A stretch of 64,000 nucleotides of DNA from an uncultured bacterium (GTDB lineage: Bacteria > Babelota > Babeliae > Babelales > Babelaceae). The DNA is taken from positions 128,001 through 192,000 of the forward strand of contig CAWGPQ010000008.1 in NCBI GenBank assembly GCA_963824495.1, in the 5' to 3' direction. Below are positions 19,213 to 29,436 of this stretch, in pieces. Made by a program: the position numbers and the translations under genes. The notes under the pieces are model-generated. The model was not told the origin of the DNA, did not search any database, and saw nothing but the letters and a program-made list of their open reading frames with translations. Each line of letters starts with the position of its first letter. Positions within the stretch are counted from its first letter, which is position 1.

Positions 19213-20526
19213 TTAACGCGCAAACCTGCTTTTAACCCTACCTGATGATAAAAATCCCTCATACTTGTGTTCAATAAGATACGACTCTATTTGTGCAGAA
19301 AGCTCAAGGGCGACACCTACAGCAATCAGTAATGATGTACCTTGCAATTGAAAGGGTAGCGCAACAAATGCCCTAAGAATATTAGGCAAGAGCGCAAGTA
19401 TACCCAGATAGATAGCACCTACCAAACCTATGCGCGTTAGAATATAATCAAAGAAATTAGCAGTTTGTTGACCCGGCCGAATACCCGGTATAAAGCCACC
19501 ACTTTTTTTCATGTTATCGGCCAATTCCGTAGGATTAAATACGAGGGCTGTATAAAAAAAAGTAAAAAAGACTATAAGACCAAATAATAACGCGTTATAT
19601 AAAAAACCATCGAAGTGCAGCATTTGTGCAATGGTCCTAGCAAATGCAAATCGCTCAGAAAAAATAGATGCAAGAAAAAGTGGCATTTGCAATACCGATT
19701 GTGCAAAAATAACGGGCATCACCCCTGCTGTATTAATCTTGAACGGTATATAGGTACTTTGCCCTCCATAAACACGCTGACCAACAACACGTCGCGCGTA
19801 CTGAACCGGAATTTTACGATCACCCTTCTCAAGAAAGACAATACAGGCCATGAGAGCAATAAAAAAAGCCAAAATACATACTGCTGTAATAGCTGTCATA
19901 TTACCAACTTTTACCCAGTAAATTGTCTTAGCAACGTCTTCAGGAAAGCGCGCAACAATACCAGCAAAAATAATCATTGAGCTGCCATTACCTAAACCCA
20001 TAAGCGAAATTTGCTCTCCTAGCCACATGACAAATAGAGAACCTGCTGTCAACGAAAGCACACAGAGCAACGTGAACCCAAGACCTGGGGTAAGAACCAA
20101 TTGTTGATTTTCAAGAAATTTTGCATACCCTAAGCTATACACAACGCTCAATACAAGCGCTACATACCGTGTATATTGATTAATAACTTTACGTCCATAC
20201 TCACCTTCTTTAGATAGTTGTTCAAGATACGGGACTGCCATAGTCAGCATCTGCATCATAATCGAAGCTGTGATATAAGGACCAACACCTAATGCAAAGA
20301 TAGTACTTGATGCTAAAGCACCACCGGAGAACATGTCAAGATAGCTTAACAAGCCACCCAATGTTTCTGATCGTTTCATATACTCAGCCAATAGGGGGAT
20401 ATTCACCCCAATAACTGGTATAAATGTACCGAGACGATACACGATCAGTACACCAAGCGTAAATAAAAGCTTCTTGGTTAGCTCAGGGATAAGAAAGATG
20501 TTTTTAAAATTTTTTAGCAGGACCAC
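19213..20526 (-). CDS. secY: Preprotein translocase SecY
   Basis: SIFALGVGPYITASI, GLGNGSS, GGFIPGIRPG. Confidence 0.98.
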   Translation of the reverse strand: MVLLKNFKNIFLIPELTKKLLFTLGVLIVYRLGTFIPVIGVNIPLLAEYMKRSETLGGLLSYLDMFSGGALASSTIFALGVGPYITASIMMQMLTMAVPYLEQLSKEGEYGRKVINQYTRYVALVLSVVYSLGYAKFLENQQLVLTPGLGFTLLCVLSLTAGSLFVMWLGEQISLMGLGNGSSMIIFAGIVARFPEDVAKTIYWVKVGNMTAITAVCILAFFIALMACIVFLEKGDRKIPVQYARRVVGQRVYGGQSTYIPFKINTAGVMPVIFAQSVLQMPLFLASIFSERFAFARTIAQMLHFDGFLYNALLFGLIVFFTFFYTALVFNPTELADNMKKSGGFIPGIRPGQQTANFFDYILTRIGLVGAIYLGILALLPNILRAFVALPFQLQGTSLLIAVGVALELSAQIESYLIEHKYEGFLSSGRVKSRFAR

Positions 20527-20540
20527 AATACTCTAGCTCC

Positions 20541-20978
20541 TCACAGTGTATGTACTTCGCCACCCTGCTTTTTAATTGCTTCTTCTGCTGATGTACTAAA
20601 AGCATCTGCATGTACCGAAAGCTTCTTATCAAGCAGCCCTTTGCCTAAAATCTTTAAACGTATAGCCTGACCACCAGAAATAACGCCTTTCTCAATAAGT
20701 GACGTTTTGGTAACTTCAGCACCGTGATCATACAGACTATTCAGACATCCGATATTAACTATCTCCCATTCTTGCCTAAAACGAGCGTGAGAGAACCCGC
20801 GCTTTGGGAGACGTCGAGCAAGCGAGGTTTGGCCTCCTTCAAATGCCTTACCAATATTGGGGCCTGAACGGGCTTTCTGCCCCTTATTACCACGCCCTGA
20901 GGTTCCACCTCTGCTGCCACCTCGTCCTACACGCTTGCGCGACTTACCTGCAGAGGTAAGATTACTGAGCGTTATCAT
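20541..20978 (-). CDS. rplO: 50S ribosomal protein L15
   Basis: RVGRG, GRGNKGQKARSG, FEGGQ, LPKRGF. Confidence 0.97.
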   Translation of the reverse strand: MITLSNLTSAGKSRKRVGRGGSRGGTSGRGNKGQKARSGPNIGKAFEGGQTSLARRLPKRGFSHARFRQEWEIVNIGCLNSLYDHGAEVTKTSLIEKGVISGGQAIRLKILGKGLLDKKLSVHADAFSTSAEEAIKKQGGEVHTL

Positions 20979-21471
20979 TGCTAGCGCTACCCTTCGTTAT
21001 CTCATGTACAGTTTTACCACGTAATTTTGCTATTTCTTCAGCAGAGCGACACTTTGCCAATGCATTAAGCGTTGCCTTAACAACGTTCTGTGCCGAACGT
21101 GAAGGCCCTATAGATTTAGCTAAAATATCTTTGACACCAAGTGCTGTCATAACAGCACGCACGGCACCACCAGCAATAAGGCCGGTACCCTTATAAGCTG
21201 AACGAATAATAACGTTGCTTGCTCCATGCCGACCAGCTACGGAATACGGTATCGTTGTTCCACGTAGTGGTATTCTAATAAGGCTCTTGCGTGCACTGGC
21301 CGTTGCCTTAGCTATAGCTGAAGAAACCTCACGACTCTTACCTTGACCAATACCGACACCGCCTTCTTGATCACCCGAAACAACAAGAGCAGAAAAACCA
21401 AACCGTTTTCCACCCTTAGTAACTTTGGTAACACGTCGTACTTTGACGACGGTATCAACAAATTCTGCCAT
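20962..21471 (-). CDS. rpsE: 30S ribosomal protein S5
   Basis: RVTKVTKGGKRF, GTGLIAGG. Confidence 0.97.
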   Translation of the reverse strand: MAEFVDTVVKVRRVTKVTKGGKRFGFSALVVSGDQEGGVGIGQGKSREVSSAIAKATASARKSLIRIPLRGTTIPYSVAGRHGASNVIIRSAYKGTGLIAGGAVRAVMTALGVKDILAKSIGPSRSAQNVVKATLNALAKCRSAEEIAKLRGKTVHEITKGSASNDNAQ

Positions 21472-21479
21472 TATTTCCC

Positions 21480-21830
21480 TTAAATCGTTAATCCACCTTC
21501 GCGCAAGCCCTCAGCAAGTGACTGTACACGCCCATGATATAAAAATGGTCCCCGATCAAACGCTGCTTTGGTAATACCTTGCGCACGAGCTCGTTGTGCA
21601 AGCTCTAAGCCAACCGCACGAGCAATCGCTTTTTTATCACCAGCTATCTTATTCAGCTCAAGCGATGAACAACTCATGAGCGTTCGCTGTAATACGGGGT
21701 CAATTACCTGAGCATAAATATGCCGAGCACTACGGAATACAGAAACACGGGGAAGCGTCATGGCTAATGAACTACGTGAGCGTAATGCCCTTCGTTGTGT
21801 TCTTTGGCGGATTTTTCTTGTTATTGACAC
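21480..21830 (-). CDS. rplR: 50S ribosomal protein L18
   Basis: PRVSVFRSARHIYAQ, FDRG..YHGRV. Confidence 0.97.
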   Translation of the reverse strand: MSITRKIRQRTQRRALRSRSSLAMTLPRVSVFRSARHIYAQVIDPVLQRTLMSCSSLELNKIAGDKKAIARAVGLELAQRARAQGITKAAFDRGPFLYHGRVQSLAEGLREGGLTI

Positions 21831-21842
21831 GTTAATACTCCA

Positions 21843-22394
21843 CTATTTTGCAGCTTTAGCCTTACCAGCCTTGCGCCTTATAACTGTGCCTACCTCGTGA
21901 ATACCTGTGCCTTTGTAGGGCTCAGGTGGTCGAAGTGCTATAATCTCGCTACACGTTAACCCAAGATTATCTTTATCAATTGATCGCACTGTTAAAAGCT
22001 GGCCTGTCTTATCAGCTTCTATAGTGACTCCTTGAGGAAGCTCTCTATCAATCTTATGACTAAATCCCAAGGAAAATTGAACTTTGTTGCCCGTGATTAC
22101 TGCTTTAAAACCAAGTCCAACAATACGCAGTTGCTTTTCAAATGGTTGATCAGCACCCTTAAGCTCATTTGCCAGTAATGCTCTATGTAAACCCCAAAGC
22201 GCATTAATATCGGAAAGTATGCTATCTGAAGGCACAGGAAGTAGCACGAGCTGTTTATTTTTTAATTGGGCCTGCAATTGAGGAGGTAATCTGTAGGTCC
22301 CGGAGGCTTTTTTACCCTTATAGTGTATTACACTATTTTTTACCTCAACCTGGATATTTCCAATATCAATAGGCTTTCTACCAATCTTTGACAT
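21843..22394 (-). CDS. rplF: 50S ribosomal protein L6
   Basis: MSKIGRKPI, LGFSH, RPPEPYKGTG. Confidence 0.97.
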   Translation of the reverse strand: MSKIGRKPIDIGNIQVEVKNSVIHYKGKKASGTYRLPPQLQAQLKNKQLVLLPVPSDSILSDINALWGLHRALLANELKGADQPFEKQLRIVGLGFKAVITGNKVQFSLGFSHKIDRELPQGVTIEADKTGQLLTVRSIDKDNLGLTCSEIIALRPPEPYKGTGIHEVGTVIRRKAGKAKAAK

Positions 22395-22403
22395 ATCTTA
22401 CCT

Positions 22404-22820
22404 CTACCATACCGTACACATGACCTCTCCACCAAGAGATCGTTGCAATGCCTGTCTGCTCGTCATAACGCCTTGGTTAGTGGTAACTATAGCGATACCA
22501 AGACCTCCGCTCAGCGGCTTGAGCGTAGCAATACCTTCGTATATGCGACGGCCAGGTGTGCTTATTCGCTTAATCTCATGAATAACTGATTCGCCACGAG
22601 TATATTTTAATATAATTTTTAAGCCTTTAAATCCTCGCTTAAATCCTGGCTCATGTTGCTCATGTTCTTCAACAAGCACATCATGAATAAAGCCTTCATT
22701 CTTAAGAATTTTTGCTAATTCATGGGCGAGCTTTGAATAGGGCGCTCTGACAAATGGTCGAGCTGCCATAACGCCGTTGCGTATACTCGTTAAAAAATCT
22801 CCAATCGTATCTCTCGACAT
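22404..22820 (-). CDS. rpsH: 30S ribosomal protein S8
   Basis: DTIGDFLTSIRN, ISTPGRRIY, GGEV. Confidence 0.97.
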   Translation of the reverse strand: MSRDTIGDFLTSIRNGVMAARPFVRAPYSKLAHELAKILKNEGFIHDVLVEEHEQHEPGFKRGFKGLKIILKYTRGESVIHEIKRISTPGRRIYEGIATLKPLSGGLGIAIVTTNQGVMTSRQALQRSLGGEVMCTVW

Positions 22821-22841
22821 GCCTATCCTTTACCTTACCAT

Positions 22842-23027
22842 TTACCAACTTGCTTTTTTAACTCCGGGCAATAACCCGTTCGATGCAAGGTTACGAAAAC
22901 ACAGCCGACACATCTGAAAAAGACGTATAAACCCACGAGGTCGTCCACATAATCTACAACGATTACGATGACGAACCGCAAATTTAGGTGTTCTCTGAGA
23001 TTTTTCTATCAGGGCTTTTCGAGCCAT
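22842..23027 (-). CDS. rpsN: 30S ribosomal protein S14, Zn-binding type Z
   Basis: 61 aa; CRLC...[12 protein letters not shown]. Confidence 0.97.
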   Translation of the reverse strand: MARKALIEKSQRTPKFAVRHRNRCRLCGRPRGFIRLFQMCRLCFRNLASNGLLPGVKKASW

Positions 23028-23042
23028 CGTTATTCCTCACTC

Positions 23043-23591
23043 TTATTTTTTTCGAAAGGGCATACCAAAACTTTTAAGCAATTCATATGCTTGTGCATCA
23101 GTTTTTGCAGTTGTAACAATGGTAATATTCATACCATGTGCTCTTTCGCTAGCCCCTGCAGCATCAGCTTCAGGAAAAACACTCCATTCTTTAATACCAA
23201 GATTATAATTCCCTCGACCATCAAAGGCAACCGGCACACCTTGAAAATCACGTACTTTGGGTAATGCTAAATTTATAAGCTTATCGAGAAACTCATACAT
23301 ACGTTGTCCACGCAACGTTACCATTACGCCAATGGGCATGTCTTCCCGTATTTTAAACCCTGCAATTGATTTGAGCGCACTTGTTCTGACAGGTGCTTGA
23401 CCGGTAATTGCTGCAATTACCTGCATAACTGTTTGCAGTACTCTACTATCAGCAACTGCTTCTTTAACTCCTACGTTCAGTACAATCTTTGACACCTTAG
23501 GTACCTGCATAGGGTTAGCAAGCCCAAGTGATTTTTGTAATTGAGGCCGTAAGGTCGTTGTATATTGCTCATCAAGACGTGCTTTTGCCAT
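23043..23591 (-). CDS. rplE: 50S ribosomal protein L5
   Basis: KIVLNVG, KSIAGFKIRE, FDGRGNY. Confidence 0.97.
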   Translation of the reverse strand: MAKARLDEQYTTTLRPQLQKSLGLANPMQVPKVSKIVLNVGVKEAVADSRVLQTVMQVIAAITGQAPVRTSALKSIAGFKIREDMPIGVMVTLRGQRMYEFLDKLINLALPKVRDFQGVPVAFDGRGNYNLGIKEWSVFPEADAAGASERAHGMNITIVTTAKTDAQAYELLKSFGMPFRKK

Positions 23592-23606
23592 CTCTAACCT
23601 TTACAT

Positions 23607-23921
23607 TTACATTATCTGATTACAGTGATTGCAGATACGGACATGATGTATGTTGTCATGTGATATACCAGATCGAGGTCGTGCTGGTTTGTTACATGAT
23701 ACACACACAGGCATGACATTTGAAAGCTGAATATACGATTCTTTACTTTTGATACCTGATGTTTCACCTTGACGTCGTGCCTTAGCATGACGCATTACAA
23801 GAGCACTGCCTTCTACTAATACTTTATCTTTTTTGGGCAAAATATCAATAACACGACTACGCTTATTTTTATTTTTACCGGTTAAAATAAGAACCGTGTC
23901 ATTTTGCTTAACGCGCATCAT
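23607..23921 (-). CDS. rplX: 50S ribosomal protein L24
   Basis: Operon position; KOW-like start; IQLSNVM; two CxxC pairs. Confidence 0.93.
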   Translation of the reverse strand: MMRVKQNDTVLILTGKNKNKRSRVIDILPKKDKVLVEGSALVMRHAKARRQGETSGIKSKESYIQLSNVMPVCVSCNKPARPRSGISHDNIHHVRICNHCNQIM

Positions 23922-23941
23922 ATCAGAACCCTTCAGAACCC

Positions 23942-24316
23942 TTATAAAACTTCTAATGCTAACGATGGTATCTTTGGGCTTCGTGGGCGAATTTCACGTG
24001 CAATAGGGCCAAAGATACGTGAACCAACCGGTGTAGTATCTTCAACGCTCTTGATAATTACCGCTGCATTTTCACCAAATCTAATATAACTGCCATCTTC
24101 ACGACGAAATGGTTTGCGTGTTCTGACAATAATTGCCCTGACAATATCACCTTTTTTTACTTGACCACCCGGGATAGCACTTTTTACGGCCGCTACAATA
24201 ATATCACCTATGCTAGCACTTTTTTTACCAGTACTGCCTACAATATGAAAGCAACGGATGCGTCTTGCCCCCGAGTTATCAGCAACCTCTAATTCAGTTT
24301 CTTTATAAATAGCCAT
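23942..24316 (-). CDS. rplN: 50S ribosomal protein L14
   Basis: [16 protein letters not shown]. Confidence 0.98.
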   Translation of the reverse strand: MAIYKETELEVADNSGARRIRCFHIVGSTGKKSASIGDIIVAAVKSAIPGGQVKKGDIVRAIIVRTRKPFRREDGSYIRFGENAAVIIKSVEDTTPVGSRIFGPIAREIRPRSPKIPSLALEVL

Positions 24317-24344
24317 ATAGTTCTTCCGTTAATACCTGCTATAC

Positions 24345-24635
24345 CTACGGTGTTGCATGGGCTTTGATAATTTCAGCCAAGTACATATATTTAGTTTTTG
24401 ACATAGGCCGCCCCTCATAAATCTTGACTATATCGCCCACACGTGCTTGTTGCTGCTCATCATGTACACTATATTTTTTTGACGTTCTCATCACCTTCTT
24501 AAAGAAAGGATGGGTATACATACGATCAACTTTTACCACAACCGTTTTCTGCATCTTGTCAGATACAACAGTACCAGTAAGTGTATGTGGTATATTCTTA
24601 GCTCCAGTTACACGATTAGCCACGTGATTAGCCAT
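24345..24635 (-). CDS. rpsQ: 30S ribosomal protein S17
   Basis: GTVVSDKMQKTVVV, RPMSKTK. Confidence 0.97.
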   Translation of the reverse strand: MANHVANRVTGAKNIPHTLTGTVVSDKMQKTVVVKVDRMYTHPFFKKVMRTSKKYSVHDEQQQARVGDIVKIYEGRPMSKTKYMYLAEIIKAHATP

Positions 24636-24867
24636 GTGATATATTCCTTGTTTGCTCTGAAGTTTGCTCTAAAGATTTATGCTCACGTATTCTCGTCAGC
24701 GCGCAAGCTATAGCCCTCCGCAACACTGTTTTTGTTGAGGAAAACGACTTGACGTGCGATGTTGCTGCATTCAAGTGTAATTTAAAAAGCTCGCGCCGTA
24801 GCTCTTCAAGCTTAAGCTCAAGTTGCTCTAAGCTCATCTGCTTAAGCTCATTATGAAGTTTTTTCAT
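24628..24867 (-). CDS. rpmC: 50S ribosomal protein L29
   Basis: Position between rplP and rpsQ; LRRELFKL; RRAIA. Confidence 0.92.
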   Translation of the reverse strand: MKKLHNELKQMSLEQLELKLEELRRELFKLHLNAATSHVKSFSSTKTVLRRAIACALTRIREHKSLEQTSEQTRNISHG

Positions 24868-24869
24868 GA

Positions 24870-25319
24870 TTACTGTGCTACCTCTTGCTCTAATTGCTCT
24901 GACTGCTCTTGATGAAGGCGCTTGACGACTTTTGTTTTCATAGGCAGCTTATACGCAGCAGCTTTTAACGCTTCTTTAGCCGCTGCTTCGTCAAGGCCTC
25001 CTATTTCACAAATAATGCGATCTCGCTTTATGACGGCCACCCATACTTCAACGTTACCCTTACCTTTACCCATACGTGTTTCAGCAGGCTTCTTTGACAC
25101 AGGTTTATCGGGAAACACACGCAAGTACAGCTTTCCTACTTTCTTAAGTTTGCGGGAAATGGTTACGCGCATCGCCTCAATCTGCTGAGCAGTTAACCAT
25201 ACGGACTCAACTGCCTGCAAGCCATACTCACCAAAGGCGACATCACGAGCACCTTTTGAACGGCCGGCACGCGTTCCTCGCTGTACCTTACGATACTTAA
25301 TTTTTTTGGGCATTAACAT
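24870..25319 (-). CDS. rplP: 50S ribosomal protein L16
   Basis: MLMPKKIKYRK, ETRMGKGKG. Confidence 0.98.
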   Translation of the reverse strand: MLMPKKIKYRKVQRGTRAGRSKGARDVAFGEYGLQAVESVWLTAQQIEAMRVTISRKLKKVGKLYLRVFPDKPVSKKPAETRMGKGKGNVEVWVAVIKRDRIICEIGGLDEAAAKEALKAAAYKLPMKTKVVKRLHQEQSEQLEQEVAQ

Positions 25320-25342
25320 AATCGTATCTTTCGCACAGACTC

Positions 25343-25975
25343 TTACGCAAGCTTAAATTCACCTTTACAAATCCAAACCTTAACACCAATAATACCATAC
25401 GTTGTTTTTGCTTCTGCAAAGCCATAATCAATATCTGCACGTAACGTATGACGAGGAACGGACCCTATACGAATCCATTCTTCACGAGCAATTTCAGCTC
25501 CACCTAAACGGCCTGATACACATACCATAACACCTCGAGCTCCTGCCCTAAGTGCTGATGATGCTGCCTTTTTCATAACTTTCTTAAAATTTGCACGTCG
25601 CACGAGCTGATCAGCTATACTTTTTGCAACGATTGGTGCTGAAAGCTCAGGCGTTTTAATTTCCTGTACTGATATCTCAATATTTTCCCTATGCAGTATA
25701 TCAGCAAGCTTTTTACGTAAGGCGTCAATCTCTTGACCTTTTTTACCAATAACAAAACCAGGTCGCGCAGAGTGTATAATCACTCGTAGGGCATCACCGG
25801 TTTTTTCAATTTCAATACGTTCAAGCTCAGCACCTGAAAGTTCTTTTTCTAAAAATTTTCTGATAGAAAAATCTTCAAAAAAACTTTCAGCATATGATTT
25901 GCGAGCAAACCAACGGGAGTCCCAACCTCGATAAACACCTGTACGAAACCCTATTGGGTTAACTTTTTGTCCCAC
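25343..25975 (-). CDS. rpsC: 30S ribosomal protein S3
   Basis: GTG start 25975 gives [21 protein letters not shown]. Confidence 0.97.
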   Translation of the reverse strand: MGQKVNPIGFRTGVYRGWDSRWFARKSYAESFFEDFSIRKFLEKELSGAELERIEIEKTGDALRVIIHSARPGFVIGKKGQEIDALRKKLADILHRENIEISVQEIKTPELSAPIVAKSIADQLVRRANFKKVMKKAASSALRAGARGVMVCVSGRLGGAEIAREEWIRIGSVPRHTLRADIDYGFAEAKTTYGIIGVKVWICKGEFKLA

Positions 25976-26321
25976 CTTGTGCCTCTTTACCGTGTGATTC
26001 CAAAACAATACTTATATGACATAAACGCCTACGTTGAATCATAGCACGTCCCATTGCTCCTGGCTTAAAATATCGCCGAATAGGACCTTGATCAATCCGA
26101 ATTTCTTTTATAGAAAGTTTCTCTGGACCAATATTTTGTAAGTTACGAGCGTTTGCAACAGCCGACTCAAGAGCCTTCTTAAGAGCATGCGTACGCTTTG
26201 TTTTATAGGTCGTTAGCCAATTAAGCGCATATGACGCGCCTTTTCCTCGTATAACATCCGCCACTGGCCTCAGCTTATACGGTGAATAAGCAATATACTT
26301 AGCCTTAGCTACAAATTGCAT
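25959..26321 (-). CDS. rplV: 50S ribosomal protein L22
   Basis: [24 protein letters not shown]. Confidence 0.96.
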   Translation of the reverse strand: MQFVAKAKYIAYSPYKLRPVADVIRGKGASYALNWLTTYKTKRTHALKKALESAVANARNLQNIGPEKLSIKEIRIDQGPIRRYFKPGAMGRAMIQRRRLCHISIVLESHGKEAQGGTKS

Positions 26322-26351
26322 CGTTTAACCTTTTATCTTAGTATACATGAA

Positions 26352-26639
26352 TTATTTCTCACTGGCAACTCCAGATTTACGTTGACCACTATGAAGTCTA
26401 AAGGTTCTTGTCGGTGCAAATTCTCCTAAATAATGCCCAACCATATTCTCTGTAATATAAACAGAAACGAACTTTCTTCCATCATGTACTGCTATCGTTA
26501 ATCCCACAAATTCAGGAATAACCATACTGTCCCGTGACCAGGTTTTTATAACCTCACGCTTTGTGCTTGTTTTACTTCGTTGTATCTTATCGAGCAACGA
26601 TTCGGCAACAAACGGCCCTTTTTTAGAAGATCGTGCCAT
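26352..26639 (-). CDS. rpsS: 30S ribosomal protein S19
   Basis: [19 protein letters not shown]. Confidence 0.98.
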   Translation of the reverse strand: MARSSKKGPFVAESLLDKIQRSKTSTKREVIKTWSRDSMVIPEFVGLTIAVHDGRKFVSVYITENMVGHYLGEFAPTRTFRLHSGQRKSGVASEK

Positions 26640-26654
26640 ACTATTTGCCTTCCC

Positions 26655-27473
26655 TTACGGTTTTCTTCTTTTCAGAATAAGCGCGTTTTCTCGCTTTCTG
26701 GTACGCGTTCCTTTGCTTCCTTTACCCCAGGGACTAACAGGATGAGAACCTGACTTAGAACGTCCTTCACCACCACCATGAGGGTGATCGATAGGGTTCA
26801 TTGCCATACCTCGTACCGATGGCCTAAAGCCACGATGACGTGTTCTTCCTGCTTTACCCCATGAGATGTTTTTATAATCAGCGTTGCTTAATACCCCTAC
26901 CGTAGCGTAACAATCGAGATGAACCATACGAATTTCGCCTGACGGCATTTTTAACGTGGCGTGTTCATCGGATTTAGCAATAAGTTGAACTGATGTTCCT
27001 GCACCACGAGCAAATTTGCCACCTGATCCAGGAAAAATTTCAACATTATGAATCGTAAAACCTACGGGAATATTACGCAATGGTAAGCAATTGCCAATTT
27101 TTGCCTCAACGTCAGATCCAGCCATAATCGTTGAACCAACCGTAAGCCCTTGCGGCTGCAAGATATAGCGCTTTGCCCCGGTTACATATACCACTAACGC
27201 TATAGGTAAGTTTCTATTAGGATCATACTCAATAGAAACAACCTTACCAGGAATACCACGCTCAATGCGCTTAAAATCAACTAAGCGATAGTTACGCTTA
27301 GCTCCACCGCCACGATGCCGGACGGTAATACGTCCATAGGCATTACGCCCTCCGCGTTTACTTAATCCGCTTGTAAGACGACGCTCTGGCTTTTTCTTCG
27401 TCAATTCACTCGTATCTATAAACGTTTGGAATCGAAGCGAAGAATTTCGTGGCTTTCTCGTTACAATTGCCAT
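26655..27473 (-). CDS. rplB: 50S ribosomal protein L2
   Basis: IEYDPNR, MNPIDHPHGGGEG. Confidence 0.98.
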   Translation of the reverse strand: MAIVTRKPRNSSLRFQTFIDTSELTKKKPERRLTSGLSKRGGRNAYGRITVRHRGGGAKRNYRLVDFKRIERGIPGKVVSIEYDPNRNLPIALVVYVTGAKRYILQPQGLTVGSTIMAGSDVEAKIGNCLPLRNIPVGFTIHNVEIFPGSGGKFARGAGTSVQLIAKSDEHATLKMPSGEIRMVHLDCYATVGVLSNADYKNISWGKAGRTRHRGFRPSVRGMAMNPIDHPHGGGEGRSKSGSHPVSPWGKGSKGTRTRKRENALILKRRKP

Positions 27474-27499
27474 TATACACCTTAACCCTACCTATGCTG

Positions 27500-27835
27500 T
27501 TATGTTGTCTGTATCGGCTCGCCACCTGAAGCACTACCTGACGTATTCCAGCCCATAAGATCGACCGAATAGCCTTCTTTTAAGGTAATAAATGCTTTCT
27601 TTTCCAGCTTATCATGCACTATGTGGCGACCTGCACGGCGTCTTTTGCCCTTGGAAACAACAATACGAATTTTATCAGCCTCAACATTAAACAATTTTTT
27701 AAGCGCTTCAGCAATGAGCCGCTTATTAGCTTGGGGGTGTACCTCAAGAACAAGCTGTTTAAGCTGCTGATTTAATCGATAGGCCTTACTGGTAATGCGA
27801 GGTCTTCTAATAATACTATAAATATCTAAATCCAT
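27500..27835 (-). CDS. rplW: 50S ribosomal protein L23
   Basis: Operon position; PRITSKA, KKAFITL. Confidence 0.94.
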   Translation of the reverse strand: MDLDIYSIIRRPRITSKAYRLNQQLKQLVLEVHPQANKRLIAEALKKLFNVEADKIRIVVSKGKRRRAGRHIVHDKLEKKAFITLKEGYSVDLMGWNTSGSASGGEPIQTT

Positions 27836-28464
27836 GATTTCATCATTTCTTTAAAGGCATCAGCATCTTTTTTCAAACTTACCCATACATCAGCATCAGC
27901 TAAAACATACGCATTAGGTTCATCGAAAAATATAACACGTACGTTGGGAATATTTAAAAATGCTGCACCTGTTATATAATCGTCAGGGTCAACAAAAAGA
28001 ACAATCTTCTTATTGATCAACTCAACGTGCTTAAGAGCAGCATACGCTGCGGCTGTTTTCGGCTTTTCCCCTTCAACAGACCAGTCCAATAACATAATGC
28101 TTTTTTGCTCAAGTTTATTCCAGAGCAGTGCTTGCAGGACATTTCTCTTGACCCCCTTAGAAACTTTAAGCGTTCTTACACGGGGTTGTGGACCAAAAAT
28201 GGTTCCCCCCTTGCGCCACAGTGGCGACCGGCGGCTACCTGCACGAGCACGGCCAGTACCTTTTTGTTTCCAAGGTTTTTTGTTGGAAAATGCAACTTCG
28301 CCTCTATCTTTAGAGCTTACTGTTCCTTGCCGCCAATTTTGCATTAGAGCACGTATATACTGCGCAAAGCTTGTGCGAGAAAGTGGCTTATGCTCAGTTA
28401 TACGATCAGCAAGTTCCATATCACCAGGGCTAAGTACCTGAAGCTGTGAATCTGTCTGTGCCAT
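27826..28464 (-). CDS. rplD: 50S ribosomal protein L4
   Basis: KKPWKQKGTGRARAGS..SPLWRKGG..FGP; start placed at ATG 28464. Confidence 0.96.
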   Translation of the reverse strand: MAQTDSQLQVLSPGDMELADRITEHKPLSRTSFAQYIRALMQNWRQGTVSSKDRGEVAFSNKKPWKQKGTGRARAGSRRSPLWRKGGTIFGPQPRVRTLKVSKGVKRNVLQALLWNKLEQKSIMLLDWSVEGEKPKTAAAYAALKHVELINKKIVLFVDPDDYITGAAFLNIPNVRVIFFDEPNAYVLADADVWVSLKKDADAFKEMMKSWI

Positions 28465-28468
28465 AGTT

Positions 28469-29092
28469 CTACCTGTGCTTTCGTACAAAAACTAATGAGC
28501 CTGATTTACCTGGTACCGAGCCCTTAACTAAGAGTACGCTCGACAGTGGCTCAACCTTGATTATTTCAAGGTTTCTCATAACGCGTTGATCGGTCCCCAT
28601 GTGGCCAGCCATTCGCTTTCCCTTAATAACACGTCCTCTACTTCTCATATGACTCAGTGAACCAGGTTTGCGCCCGAGTTTGCTTCCATGGCTAGCAAGA
28701 CCTCCAGTAAACCCATGACGCTTAACGCCACCTTGAAAACCGCGGCCTATAGTGATACCGAAAACATCAACACTATCTCCTTTGGCTACGAGTGACCCAA
28801 TATCTGCAGGTTGCCCAACAGCTAGTCCTTCTACGTGGGCAGTAAGACGTACTTCTTTCAGAACGCTGAAATACTTTCGCGGAGCCTTAAGCCATTCAGG
28901 AGAGAATTCCTGATTCTCGTAAGCATGCTTGGCATGTCCCATTTGTACGGCATCATAGCCATCACGCTCTTTAGTTTTAATGCCCGTAATATACCAATGA
29001 GCGGTATCAATAACGGTAACTGGCACAATTTTATAGTCATCTGAAAAAACCTGGGTCATACCAATTTTTCTACCCCAGACACCACTAACCAT
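28469..29092 (-). CDS. rplC: 50S ribosomal protein L3
   Basis: KIGMTQVF, GRGFQG, KGKRMAGHMG; start placed at ATG 29092. Confidence 0.97.
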   Translation of the reverse strand: MVSGVWGRKIGMTQVFSDDYKIVPVTVIDTAHWYITGIKTKERDGYDAVQMGHAKHAYENQEFSPEWLKAPRKYFSVLKEVRLTAHVEGLAVGQPADIGSLVAKGDSVDVFGITIGRGFQGGVKRHGFTGGLASHGSKLGRKPGSLSHMRSRGRVIKGKRMAGHMGTDQRVMRNLEIIKVEPLSSVLLVKGSVPGKSGSLVFVRKHR

Positions 29093-29105
29093 TGAATGAC
29101 CTTTC

Positions 29106-29411
29106 TTACTTAATCTCCACATCAACGCCTGATGAGATGCTTAATTTCATAAGTGCATCCATAGTTTGATCTGAAGGTGATACAATATCTAGAACACGAC
29201 TGTGTGTGGTCAATTCAAATTGCTCGCGAGACTTTTTATCAATATGGGGCGACCGTAATACCGTAAAACATCGCCTACGCTTGGGTAGCGGAACGGGCCC
29301 AACAACGTTGGAGCCAGTCCGCTTAACGGTTAATACAATTTGCCGGACTGCTTTGTCAAGCAATTGATGGTCATATGATTTAAGCGTCAAACGAATCTTT
29401 TGCTTCTTCAT
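29106..29411 (-). CDS. rpsJ: 30S ribosomal protein S10
   Basis: [20 protein letters not shown]. Confidence 0.98.
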   Translation of the reverse strand: MKKQKIRLTLKSYDHQLLDKAVRQIVLTVKRTGSNVVGPVPLPKRRRCFTVLRSPHIDKKSREQFELTTHSRVLDIVSPSDQTMDALMKLSISSGVDVEIK

Positions 29412-29436
29412 GCGTCAACCTATACGTCAACCTGTG

